Of a stretch of DNA of 64,000 bases, positions 53,045 to 64,000 are shown one piece after another. This DNA is from Chara braunii. Its lineage: Eukaryota > Plantae > Charophyceae. The number at the start of each line of letters is the position of its first letter. The first letter of the stretch is position 1. The stretch is from the NCBI GenBank assembly GCA_003427395.1, contig BFEA01000046.1, positions 3,632,933 through 3,696,932 on the forward strand, given 5' to 3'. Below the pieces are notes generated by a model that worked only from the letters and a program-made list of their open reading frames with translations, did no database searches and was not told where the DNA came from. The translations under genes and the position numbers were made by a program.

Positions 53045-54736
53045 GGACCTCGTTAGACACTCCTTGTTGACTTGAAATCCACAAGGAAGTGCTCGTTCCA
53101 CCTGTCCTTAGGGACGATTCGTGAAAAAAAATGTAAAAACTGCACAAGGAAATTTCCTTGTGGCATCTTTGTGGCTACAACCAATTTTTCCTAATCCCCA
53201 AGGGACCTCCCGAGGTCCCTCGGAGCACATGGAAGCGCGAAATTCGGAGCGGCGAAGGCATGCGTGGACGCACAGTTTTAGTTTGAGGGTGGTCCGCCGA
53301 ACGGGAGCACGGACATCCCTGCCCTCCACTATTTGGGTGGCACCCCAACGACTCCAAACGGTCACCGTCCGCGTGAGGCCTTCGTCCGTCAAATCGGGCG
53401 TCCCCACCCGGTGTCATGCGGTCTGCTACGCTGGGTGATCGTCGACAACGGTCGAAAATTTGCATGCTTGTAGGCGTCGGCGTTGTGTTCGGCGACGACA
53501 GTTTTATTTTGGAAGATCGTCGTTTTCGTCGGTTGTCGTCACGCCTTGCACGTCAGAGCACAAATCTTCCCTCGCTTTTTCTTCTATCGACGGAATTCTT
53601 CGCTGGACGGTCGACCACTAACGTGGAGCTGCTGCCCTTTCCACGACCTTTACATGGCCGACCTGCTGCACAGGCTGCCTCTGCTACTCCTCGTCGTCGT
53701 GCTGCTTCTCATCGTTGTCTTCTTCCACGTGTGTTTCGTCGTCCTGCTCCCTGTCGCGGCTCACAAATGAAGATCTTCCAAGAACGGCGACATGATGGAT
53801 CAACGATTGACGAATGGCAGACCAACAACTCCCTATCCTGCTCCCTGTCCTGCGCTTCATCCACCACCTCGGCGTTGCTCGAGGAATCACTCTGCAACCC
53901 AACGCGTAGCACAACTGAACAACAGCCTCCAAGGTCACCACGTAGTCGGGGCCATCGTCTGGAGTTTGCATCAATGTCCTCCATCTACGCGCGCGCAACG
54001 GCTCCTTCGGTCGTCCCGGCGCCCTCTCCTGCTGACAACGAAGAACAACGGTAGACACGGGCGCTGCCATGGCCTTCAACTCAAGAGGTGTCAACACCAC
54101 ACGTCCACCCTCTCCGTCGGCCTCCATAGGCGCAATCCGGATACGGACCCGTTGCTCCGCTGCCGTGTGTGTCGTCCTTCCATACCTAACGAAGAAGCCG
54201 AAGACGTCCGTCAAAAGCTGGCCCCTTTACTCTGGATGCAATCCCACAGACGGAAATATGTTTCAAGGCGCAGTCGTCGTGCGTGAAGGTCGACGAAGAT
54301 GGACGCACCCAACGATGCCTGCGCACTCGCAACGCCCGGGGGACGGAAGTGACGCCGCCGCTGAGCCCATTTCAGCACTACGTCGTCTTCACGTCGTCGA
54401 CCGCACGTCGTCGTCGTCGTCGCAGCCGTCAAATTCGAATTTCAAATGTCGACGCCCCCCGGGTTAAATTTCTTTCCCGTCGCCCGCCTCATGTTGTTTC
54501 CCGCCACACGTCGCTAGACCACACAGCCTCAACACGGACAAAAGACGGTGGACCAAGGACCACCGACCTCGCGGCCACTAATTTCCGTATGAAAACGACC
54601 GCGGGCATGCCACAAGGAAACATCCTCGAGGCAGGTCCCCAAGGATGAGTGGAACGACGCCGCAAATTTTCCTTAAGAGCCATAAGGAAATTTCCTTGTG
54701 GCTCAAGGAACTCGTAAGGAGTGTCTAACGAGGCCT
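53045..54736. mobile_element. Complete non-autonomous PIF/Harbinger element (internal deletion)
   Basis: TIRs GGACCTCGTTAGACACTCCTT / AAGGAGTGTCTAACGAGGCCT and 3-bp TSD ATA. Keeps the Myb-ORF 5' end (+, MADLLHRLPLLL...) and a probable transposase 5' end (-, ...PRWWMKRRTG). Confidence 0.85.
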
Positions 54737-55232
54737 ATAGTTTTTATTTTTTTTCTCGAATTTGGTTCTGAATCTCTCCAAGACCCTTAGGCAAAAGTTA
54801 TTTGTATTCTAATTTCGCACAACATAGTTTTTTTTCAGATTTTCTTGGATTATTTTTGAAAAGTCAAAAATCAGAAAACACTGCAAAATGTTGTCAAAAT
54901 ATATTCTTATTACTGTTTTGATTTTTTTCTCAAATTCGGTTATGAATTTCGACATGACCCTCAGGCAAACGTTGTTTGTATTGCAATTTTGTACAACTTC
55001 TGTTTTTTTTCAGAATTTTCTGATTAAAAAAAAAAAAAAAATTCGCACAAATTCGAATATGTACGTTATATTCGACGGTACGTTCTATTCGGGAAAAACT
55101 CAGCAATTTCGGAAAGCTCATTTTTTTTAGGTAAGTTGAATAAAACGTACGTACGTACGTACGTTTTTTTCGGGCCGTTGCTCCCCCCGACTGACATTGA
55201 GCAGAGAGTGTTGATGTTCATAGGGGGAGGCG

Positions 55233-55498
55233 ACTGGAGGTGAGGCACAGCGACTGACCCATCCAAGAAGCTCGGTCCTGATGCTACCAGCTGACCCTTG
55301 GCTGGTATCGCACACCTGCTGGTAAGTGCGAGCTAGTGCTGGTAAGTGCAGCTCCCGCTCCCATGACTGGAGGGGAGGCACAACAATTGGCCCATCGAAG
55401 AAGCTCGGTCCTGATGCTACCGGCTGACCCCTGGGCGGTATCGCACACCTGCTGGTAAGTGCGAGCTAGTGCTGATAAGTGCAGCTCCTGCTCCCACA
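55233..55498. repeat. Tandem duplication, two copies of about 133 bp
   Basis: aagaagctcggtcctgatgctacc...gctggtaagtgcgagctagtgctg occurs twice. Confidence 0.85.
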
Positions 55499-57710
55499 TA
55501 CTCCTTCGTTGGAGGCTTGAGCACGGATGTGGCTGCCACGGGGTTCCCCGTAATGTGATAAATGACAATAAAAAAGACCTGAAAGGCCGTCCTGTCCAGA
55601 TCGACAGGTAATTGCGAGGATCTGGGTCCTCGACAGGCCTAAGGGCCCCTGTTACAGAAGTGCCCGCCCTAAGTGAAGGCGGGCCTAACAAATCTCGCGA
55701 GGCCCGTGCTGTCAATTTTGTATTTGGGGTCCAGGCAGTTTTGACGTGCCAGTTGGTTGAGGGAAACACAGGCCGAGCAGCAAAAACATTCCACGACCTT
55801 CCAGGCCTTCATGAAATGCAGGCCCTGGGCAAGAATCGCAGCCTCATACACAGACAGTTGGGAGGCCCAATCGAACGAGGCCCAGCAGCCGTGACAGAGG
55901 CACAGCCTCGTAAGGCCTACCGGAAGCTTTTGGGCAGAGGCCCAGGCCAGCCAGGCCACCGGGGCAGGCCGTCTCTTTCAATAGAGGAAAGAGCTCGCTG
56001 CCTAGGCTCTCATTCAGGCACTTGCCATATGATGTGGCAGTGCGCGGGCTGCTGAGCGCTAAGGGCAAGGTGCTGCGCGCATGCGGTCGTGCAGGAAGCA
56101 GGGCGCTGCTGAGGGCAGCGCCATAACCCAACCTCCATAGGCTTGGACTACAGTGAGGCGCAGGGGTGGTCTTCGGGTGTACAAAAGGAAGACGTGGGTG
56201 TAAGTCGAGAGCGAGAAGGATGATGATGATGATGATGTAAGGGAACATACATGATATTGGAGATGGTCTACATTGGGCAACATCTTCAAGTACTTCGTTG
56301 GTCGCTGACGTCAACAGTTGCATTGTCAATTAATAGGCAGACATTAGCTGTGTAGGAAGTAGGATGGGCGTCGAGCGCCAAGTAGGGAGAAGGGACTGGA
56401 CTCTTATGTTAGTGGTGGCGAGAGCAAGCTCTCATTGACATTGGTTTTCAGTGTTATGAACCTTCATTGGTGTTATATTGGTGCAATACCGCTTTCTGGA
56501 CACTGAGATTCTATTTGGCTTGCAATGTGTTTGTGCATTCTCGATATTGTCATTTCGCTGTTGCTCATTTTCCTTGCAATTTGGGCAGCAAGTTGGTGGG
56601 AGAGCTCAACCTTGAGAGTCAACATTCTTCATGGGCACCAAGCTGGTGGGAGACGGACGAAGCCTCTGAAGGGCCCTAGGCGAAGCACTTAAGTCACGGT
56701 CTCGGCCCGAGGCACATTTTTGCATCTCACAGAAGGTGCGTTTTCGACGGTATTCGAGAGAGTGTCTCACTTTTGTATGACCATACCCAATTCTCAGGGG
56801 TTAGGAGTGACACATGTCTTTGATATGATTAGAGAGTATGTGGGCGTGCACTTCGAGGGCACGCATTGTTTTTTTTTGGGCGGACATCTTGTTATATTTA
56901 TGAGAGCGGCGCCCGCTCCTAGTAGCATATGCTAGAAAAGGAGTGTGAAGAAACTGCAGTAGCGCACGCGCTGCACATTCGCGTTTGAGACCGGCATTTG
57001 GTGGTCTGGGCTAAGATTTAGTCATCGGATCCGTTGACTTACATGCGACAGGATTAGGGTCAGTAAGGTGCAAACTGTCTGGCTTCCTAGGCCAACCATG
57101 ATATTCTGTCAACGGTAGAAGCCTCAAGCGGACACTATTAAAGTTGGGGTTCCCCGACATGGAAGTAGTAAAAAGTCCTTTAGGAGAATTTGCCGATCGA
57201 AAAGGTCGGAACCTTTGGCGGCTGTGCGGTTGCCGGACATACTACGGGAACGGAAAGGTTAGACCGGTCCGAGCAGTGAGTGCGGGAATGCGAAGTGCGA
57301 GGGGAGTGGCCAATAGGTCAAAACACGACCTTGTGGTGTTCGACAGGGCTTGGAGCGGTACGGATACCCTTTATAAGGAAGTCCGCGCCTGCTACACCCA
57401 AGCTTGGGCCTAGCCCTATAGGTTAGGATATTTGATTGATACTACGAAGATTTGGGGATCGAGGCCAGCAGTCGGCAATGAAGGAGCAGAGGAACATTTT
57501 GTGAAGGAAACTGAGGGGTTGAGGGTCCCGCGGGACTATCCCCCTTAGTTTTGCTGGGGAGTCCGACAGCGGGCTTGACGGGTAGGACAGAAAGGGGACC
57601 GACATACTTTCTTTTTCTCCTTGTTTGATGGTCCCTCTTTTATGTAAAATTTTATTTTTATTTATTTTGGTTTTTGTCCCGACACCGGTTCCGGTACCGA
57701 TGTGGGACCC

Positions 57711-57776
57711 AAGAGTCTACTCATTAGGTACACCCATGAACTGTTGGAATACAGATGCGGGATTCGAACCTAGATG
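57711..57776 (+). mobile_element. Diverged tRNA-derived SINE-like head
   Basis: ggtacacccatgaac.gtt.gaat.caga shared with 41077; B box-like GGATTCGAACC. Confidence 0.5.
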
Positions 57777-57868
57777 ATGTAACTTTTTGAGTAAAGTCAA
57801 ATGTTTTCAATTTTCCTGGGACTGTTTAGCTCAATAACGATGTTTTCAGGGTCGACAATTGGGATGTC

Positions 57869-57965
57869 GTCCTTCGGGACATTCATAAAAAAATTGGCGC
57901 ACGCAGAGTAGATCAGCGTGAGCTCAGAGCAACAGACTAGGTCGCCCCGCAATTGATGAATGTGG
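57869..57965 (+). pseudogene. U6: Highly diverged U6 copy
   Basis: GTCCTTCGGGACATTCATAAAAAAATTGG...GCAGAGTAGATCAGCGTG. Confidence 0.6.
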
Positions 57966-58511
57966 CATTGGTTCGGCGGAGGGGCGTTGAAGCTTAGCTG
58001 GGCGTGAAGGCATTTTTTACCAGCCAAATAATGCTATAAGGCAACGTGGCCTTCAGCGGGGGACTTTTAGTTGGGAGAATAGGATTTCGAGAAAGAAGTA
58101 TCGTTCTAGTGTGTGGGCTGATGGGGAAGGAATGAGAAGGAAATAGGGGATTGACGAAGAAAGAAGAGAGAGAAAAGGGCATTAACCACTTTCTTCAGAG
58201 GGTTACATCCTCACAGGCCATCTACGGGCGCTGCAGTTTGGCGATGAGTTGGGGCACTTGCGAAGGCTCACAGCGATACAACATAAAAAAAAGTCGGCAA
58301 GATGAACACGTTTATAATTTGGCATAATCGTTGATTTACAGGGAGCATAATTTAATCTGGTTACAAACAGATTAAATTTTGTTTAAAAACAAAAGGGTGA
58401 AATATTTAAATGTTTATCAATACGTTTCAACATGTTTCAATAGGTTTCAACATAATCAAATTTGTTTCATTTGGTTTCTAGTATGCAAGCGTTGTACAAC
58501 CACATTTCCAA

Positions 58512-58514
<3 letters not shown>

Positions 58515-58554
<40 letters not shown>

Positions 58555-58629
58555 TTATATATATATATATATATATAATATATATATATATAAATATATA
58601 TATATATAATATATATATATATAATATAG

Positions 58630-58695
<66 letters not shown>
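58515..58695. repeat. (TA)n microsatellite
   Basis: Directly visible. Confidence 0.95.
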
Positions 58696-59445
58696 CAGGG
58701 TAGCCTGACCGAACGTTCGGGCATTCGGGGTCCCGTTCGGGGGCCGAACACCTCCAGGTTTGGCCCCCGCCAAAAATTGTTTTGGGGCCTACAAATAAGT
58801 TTTTTTTTCTGATTTTTTTTTTATAGTTCTTTATGATGTGACCTACAGGCCTACAAATGTTGAAGCCATTCTGCTTATCCCAAAAAACATTAAAAATCGT
58901 CAAAGATGGGGGTGTCAAAACGTGCTCGCCCACTCACTATTTTGTTTTTTTTTTCACTTTTAACTTTTTTTTTTACTTGATTTCGGGGCCTAAAAAATTT
59001 TATTATTTTTTTAAAACAAATTAATGAGTTATTGATTATGTAAACTACATATCTGTAAATTTTCAGGGCATTTGTCAACGCCCAAAAATAATTAAAAATC
59101 GGCAAAGATGGTGGTATCGAAAAGGTGCTGGCACACTCACTTATTTTAATTCTTTTTTTTTTTTTTTTTTTTTTTNNNNNNNNNNNNNNNNNNNNNNNNN
59201 NNNNNNNNNNNNNNNNNNNNNNNNNNNNNNNNNNNNNNNNNNNNNNNNNNNNNNNNNNNNNNNNNNNNNNNNNNNNNNNNNNNNNNNNNNNNNNNNNNNN
59301 NNNNNNNNNNNNNNNNNNNNNNNNNTTTTTTTTTTTTTTTTTTTTTTTTTGGTCCGCGTTCGGTCCGAACGGTCGAACGCCTTCCGAAGGGGTCCCGTAC
59401 GTTCGGGTTCGGGCGTTCTGCCCGTCCCGAACGCCGGCAAACCTG
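58696..59445. mobile_element. MITE inserted in (TA)n
   Basis: Imperfect TIR CAGGGTAGCC...GGCAAACCTG with subterminal ccgaac/gttcgg motifs; TA repeats on both sides. Confidence 0.6.
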
Positions 59446-60488
59446 TATATATATATATGTATTCTTGATATTGTTTTCCTATTATTAAAAAAATCAATGT
59501 AACTTTTGATTTGGTGCGGGGGGGTGAGGGATCATTAAGGTGAGATACACACAAAATGTTTATTACAGTAACTTGTTCTTGGAAGTATAGCAACATAAAA
59601 ACAGGATTAGGGTAAAAGGTTTTGTGTATGTTCATTTTCTACACTCGTCGCAACCCTTGCTCTTTGTTGTCATTTGCCAACATGTCTTCACCATTGAAAT
59701 CAATATTTGCAGTAACATTATGTCAACTCTCCTCTCCTTTAGCTCATGTCCTCTCTAAGTGTATAGATATTTGCACATCCTCCCCCTCTATTTTATTTTT
59801 CAACAATCACAATGACTTCAACAATGTTATTTTGGTAAGTAGGTGCCTAACGTTTTTGACCTAACCACATTCCTTCGGCTTAAATAATAGACACCCACCG
59901 ATCTTAAGAAATTTGTTGTACATATAATTTGGTCCATCATATGTGGTTATGATTGGTGACTCTTTGTTCGTTAAGTTGAACAAAATTACATAAGTATGTT
60001 TTTTCTATGGATCACATGAATCATATGTGATGATGATTGTTGGTTTGAAAAGCTTGTCTTTGACCCTCCAACATTGCCCTGCGCACACCTCTATGTTATA
60101 CTTTTCGATCTTCATCCTCCTTACCCCCCCCCCTTTGCGTCTTTTCTCTAACAGGCTTTAGTAATATTATACTGGGCAGTACGTCCATACAGTTTGTGCC
60201 CAAACACATCGATTCCAAGAAAAAATATAGGCACCTACCGACCTCAATAATTTGATCATGTATAGGGTGTTATTCTATATATATGGTTATGGTTGCTGCC
60301 ACGTTATCTATAAACAAGGATAACATCACATACTTGACATTAGAAGGATGTTAAGTAGGATACCGCTGCTACCTCTTATCATAATTAAAGTCGTTCACAT
60401 ACGCTTGCGTAGACCCTTTCAGCTCCCCCTCACACCGAGTTAAGGCACATGAAATTATTTAATAGGCTTACAACGTTTTTTTTGTCTT

Positions 60489-60695
60489 TGTTACGATCCT
60501 GGCCAATTACAAAGTGCGGATGCACAAGGAAATGCGATGTTGTCCAGTTACAAAAAGGAATGAATAAAAGAGAGAGAGAAGTAAAAATAAATAAATAAAT
60601 AAATAAAATAAAAAGTACACAAGCAAAAGACCTATGACAGTTCCCTCTTCTCTTGATGACCAACTTCTCCTCTTTATTTTCCCCTCCCTTATTCA

Positions 60696-60757
<62 letters not shown>

Positions 60758-61880
60758 TGAACGGTTGAACTAGAATCAATATATGAATCCCTCTTCTCTG
60801 AGTGGCACAACAAAAGATCCATCATAGTTAGGACCTCCTTGTTCTTACATCTTTGATGGTCAAACGACTATGGCAAACTAGTAGGGGCCCTGCCCCAATG
60901 TTTACAAGACAACATAAAAACAACTATGTCCTCTCATTCTCAGACCGCCATGCCTGGCATTGTCTTAAAGCACCGGTACACAACCCCAACCTTGCAACAA
61001 AATTTTTTGTCGCCACAAGCTATTTTTTTGTGGTTGGGGCCTACCGGACCACAATAGTTGGCACCGCCAACAACAAAATAAAAGGATTGTCCCATTGGTA
61101 TTTTGATAAAGACACCACTGGTGGTTTGGAAAAAAAGGTCCGAGTGTACTGGTGGTTTAAAACTTTCTTGATGCAATATTACCTCAACAAGGGCCTTCTC
61201 AATATAACGCCTACCAAGGAGATGAAGATGGTGCCCACCATGGCCATATAAGTACCTCTAGTCGTTCTCCTCGCTAGTCTCCTTCTTCCTCCTCTTGCTA
61301 CCAGACGCCTTCCATCATAACCAAGGTGGAGGTCCTGACGTTGCTTTCCCCAACGCTCTCCCTTGGCATTTCAGCATCGTGACGCCCAAACTTGCACACA
61401 ACAAACAAGGCAAAGTAACTTGCTCTGCTTGGAGATATAACGAGCAACTAGCCTCACAGTCGGTTGCTGGAATGTGCCTTTCGGCTCTAAGCCTCCAGTG
61501 CCTCCTCCCTTTCAGAGGGAAACATTATTGCATACATGATATCTACTTTATAGACCCTAGGCTTACACTACCGGACTTCTACCCCTAAAGCTACTAGCTT
61601 TTGTCTTCTTTTGCTCGACCTACTACTACTCAGTGCCACCGGTATCGACAATACGCTGCTTGAGTCTTCTCTAAGCTACCCCTTCGGCCACTAGAGTGTT
61701 TTCCCCGCTGCAACCCTTAAAGTCACGACCATAGGTAAGTACCGACCATGTGAACCTCCCAAACAAACAAGTGTTCTGGCGGGCCACACATACTCTCATG
61801 CCGACAAACACTCGGAAAGACATGGAGACTATAAAACATGGACATAGGCTTAGAAAACTCAGCAAAAAACAAGAATTTCA
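60489..61880 (-). mobile_element. Solo LTR related to the element C LTR (distal end approximate); contains (AAT)n
   Basis: Starts TGTTACGATCCTGGCCAATT like 34338 and shares colinear blocks (gagggaaacat, gctgcaaccc, aggtaagtaccg); no PBS. Confidence 0.72.
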
Positions 61881-63139
61881 ACAAAGTATATTCCAGCGGT
61901 ACAACTCGCAAATTAGTTGTGTTGTCAGTCTCTGTTGTGATAGATCCTTACACCTCTACTTATTCATTCGGCATAAAGAAGTAGGCGCTTACTAGACTCA
62001 ATACGTTTAGCGTAAAATAAACACTTACAGTCAATAAACTTGAACAAATCATTGAGTACATTTATTAGTCAACAATAACTCATCACAAATGACCAACGGT
62101 CACACAAACACGATAGAAACATCAATAATTGAAATTAGTTTGTTTTGAAAAACTCATAGCATGTGTAATTAATCTAATTCCTACATTTTAGTGTGATTGT
62201 TGTATACACATGGCCTAATTGTTTACATGATTAACTCATATTTGTGAAATAACCGACAATAGTTTTGGCATACGTTACGTGCTCGTATAAAATCCTTGTT
62301 GCTGACCTTCTCCTTCTAATCTTACTCAATTCGTACACTTTTACGTATGGTGCTCTTTAAAGTCTGTACAACTTTCGACATAGTTGTTAAGGACGGTCAC
62401 TTTCATCCTTAACTACGGGATCATAATTTTCACACTCTCTTACCGACTGAGAGCTAAGAAGCAACGTTGTGTTTATGTATTCAGAGTTAGACTTTGTGTT
62501 GTTCGTCACATTTGTTGCCTCTCAAACTTGTTATAGTTCCTCACATCACCAAACGACAAGTTTTTTACTAATAGATAATGCAATAGATTCTCTTTCATGT
62601 CACTTCATTCCAAACTTGGTCATTTTGTTCGTGTTTTTTCTTCCAACTTCGTTTGTTCATTCTCTTTCTCAATGTAAACCATTGATGACAATTACCTTCG
62701 ATAAATAAAATTTTCACTCACAAAACATAAAACCATTTGGATATTATGTGACTACCTCAAAATATTTGGTCGCACCTCTATCATTTTTTGAAGACATTCG
62801 CTGTATGACCGACCTTACACCTATTGTGGGGGAGTCTATCATTACAAACCGAATAATTCAAGTTTTTTGAGCAAGTCTTTTAACCTAGGCTGCCAACTGT
62901 CCGATTGCGAGACTTCTCCCCCGGACATCTCCGGGAGACGGTCAAGGGGGAATTGTCCCAAATATCGGACAACTGTTTTTTTGCCAAAAAAAAACGAAAA
63001 AACAAAAACAAAAAAAATGGGGGGGGTCTGCGCACCACTAGCGGAACCCCCCCCAAAAAATTCCGGCTGTTCCGAGCAAAAACGAAAAAAAAATCAGATA
63101 TGGTGGGGTGTTGGGGGGGGGATTGCTTGGGGAGTTGAA

Positions 63140-63701
63140 ATGGAGGGTCTGCTACTGCAGTTAGCAGCTGCTGCATATGCAGCGACTGTAGCCGCTTCGT
63201 CTAACACAACGTGTGGATCATCCGCTCCGACAGATGCAACAACTGCAGTGACAACAGCATCCACACACACACACATACACACACACAAACACAGAGAAGG
63301 GTTTGCTGCTGCAGTCAGCAACTGCTGCACATGCAACGACTGCAACTGCTTGGTCTGATGCAGCGTGTGGACCATCCCCTCTGGCAGATGCAGCAGCTGT
63401 AGTGACAGCGACATTCACGCACGCACACACACACACACACACACATACACACACACAGAGGAGGGTCTGTTGCTGCAGTCAGCAACTGCTGCACATGCAG
63501 CGACTGCAGCTGCTTTGTCTGACGCAGCATGTGGACCATCCACTCCGGCAGATGCAGCAGCTGCAGTGAGAACGACATCCACACACACACACACACATTA
63601 TATCCACACACAAACACAACGAGTGACACACACGTGAGCACACATACAAATATTCACACACACACACTATCTACTCGCACACACACACACACACTGACAC
63701 C

Positions 63702-63740
<39 letters not shown>
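63140..63740. repeat. Three tandem units of about 165 bp ending in (CA)n
   Basis: gctgcagtcagcaactgctgcacatgca...gtggaccatcc..cagatgcagca repeated. Confidence 0.85.
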
Positions 63741-64000
63741 TCACACTGGGAAGAAAACAGTAGCAAGGCCAAGACAAAAGTTGTTCAGTTTATTAAAGTA
63801 TAATTAAATTTTATTTTTTTGCATAAGATTGTTTTATTTTTTTATTTCAAATTTGATAAAGAATTTCGATGTTTTATTTTTTATTTCAAATTTGATAAAG
63901 AATTTCGATGTAACCCCAAGGCAAAAGCTGTTCAGTTTATGTTTTTGTATAGCATATTTTGTTTTTGGAATTGTTGGAGGGTTTTTTTTTTTTTTTTTTT

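Noticed and set aside
55500-57660. Possible LINE remnant or gene
   Set aside because: No RT or endonuclease motif is recognisable by eye; only a vague resemblance

Overview
Repeat-rich eukaryotic (green-lineage) genomic DNA. The transposon proteins, microsatellites and composition suggest a charophyte alga such as Chara (inference, not verified). The only clear host gene is an apparently intronless 1335-aa WNK kinase (21796-17789, minus). The rest is a nested mobile-element landscape: four Ty3/gypsy LTR retrotransposon remnants plus a solo LTR, PIF/Harbinger elements (a Myb/trihelix ORF and internally deleted copies), hAT-like and other MITEs, polyA retroposons and tRNA-derived SINE-like heads. 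There are also two Penelope-like (PLE) RT 3' fragments. The most interesting signals are RNA-level and absent from the ORF track: (1) a type I hammerhead ribozyme candidate at 43312-43379 in the 3' region of a PLE fragment; (2) a tandem array of six U2 snRNA branch-point-recognition fragments embedded in microsatellites (2818-3782); (3) five dispersed U6 snRNA-derived copies, two sharing an altered ACAGAGA box. Two Nextera mate-pair junction adapters (51233-51270, 51480-51517) and three N gaps mark assembly artefacts.
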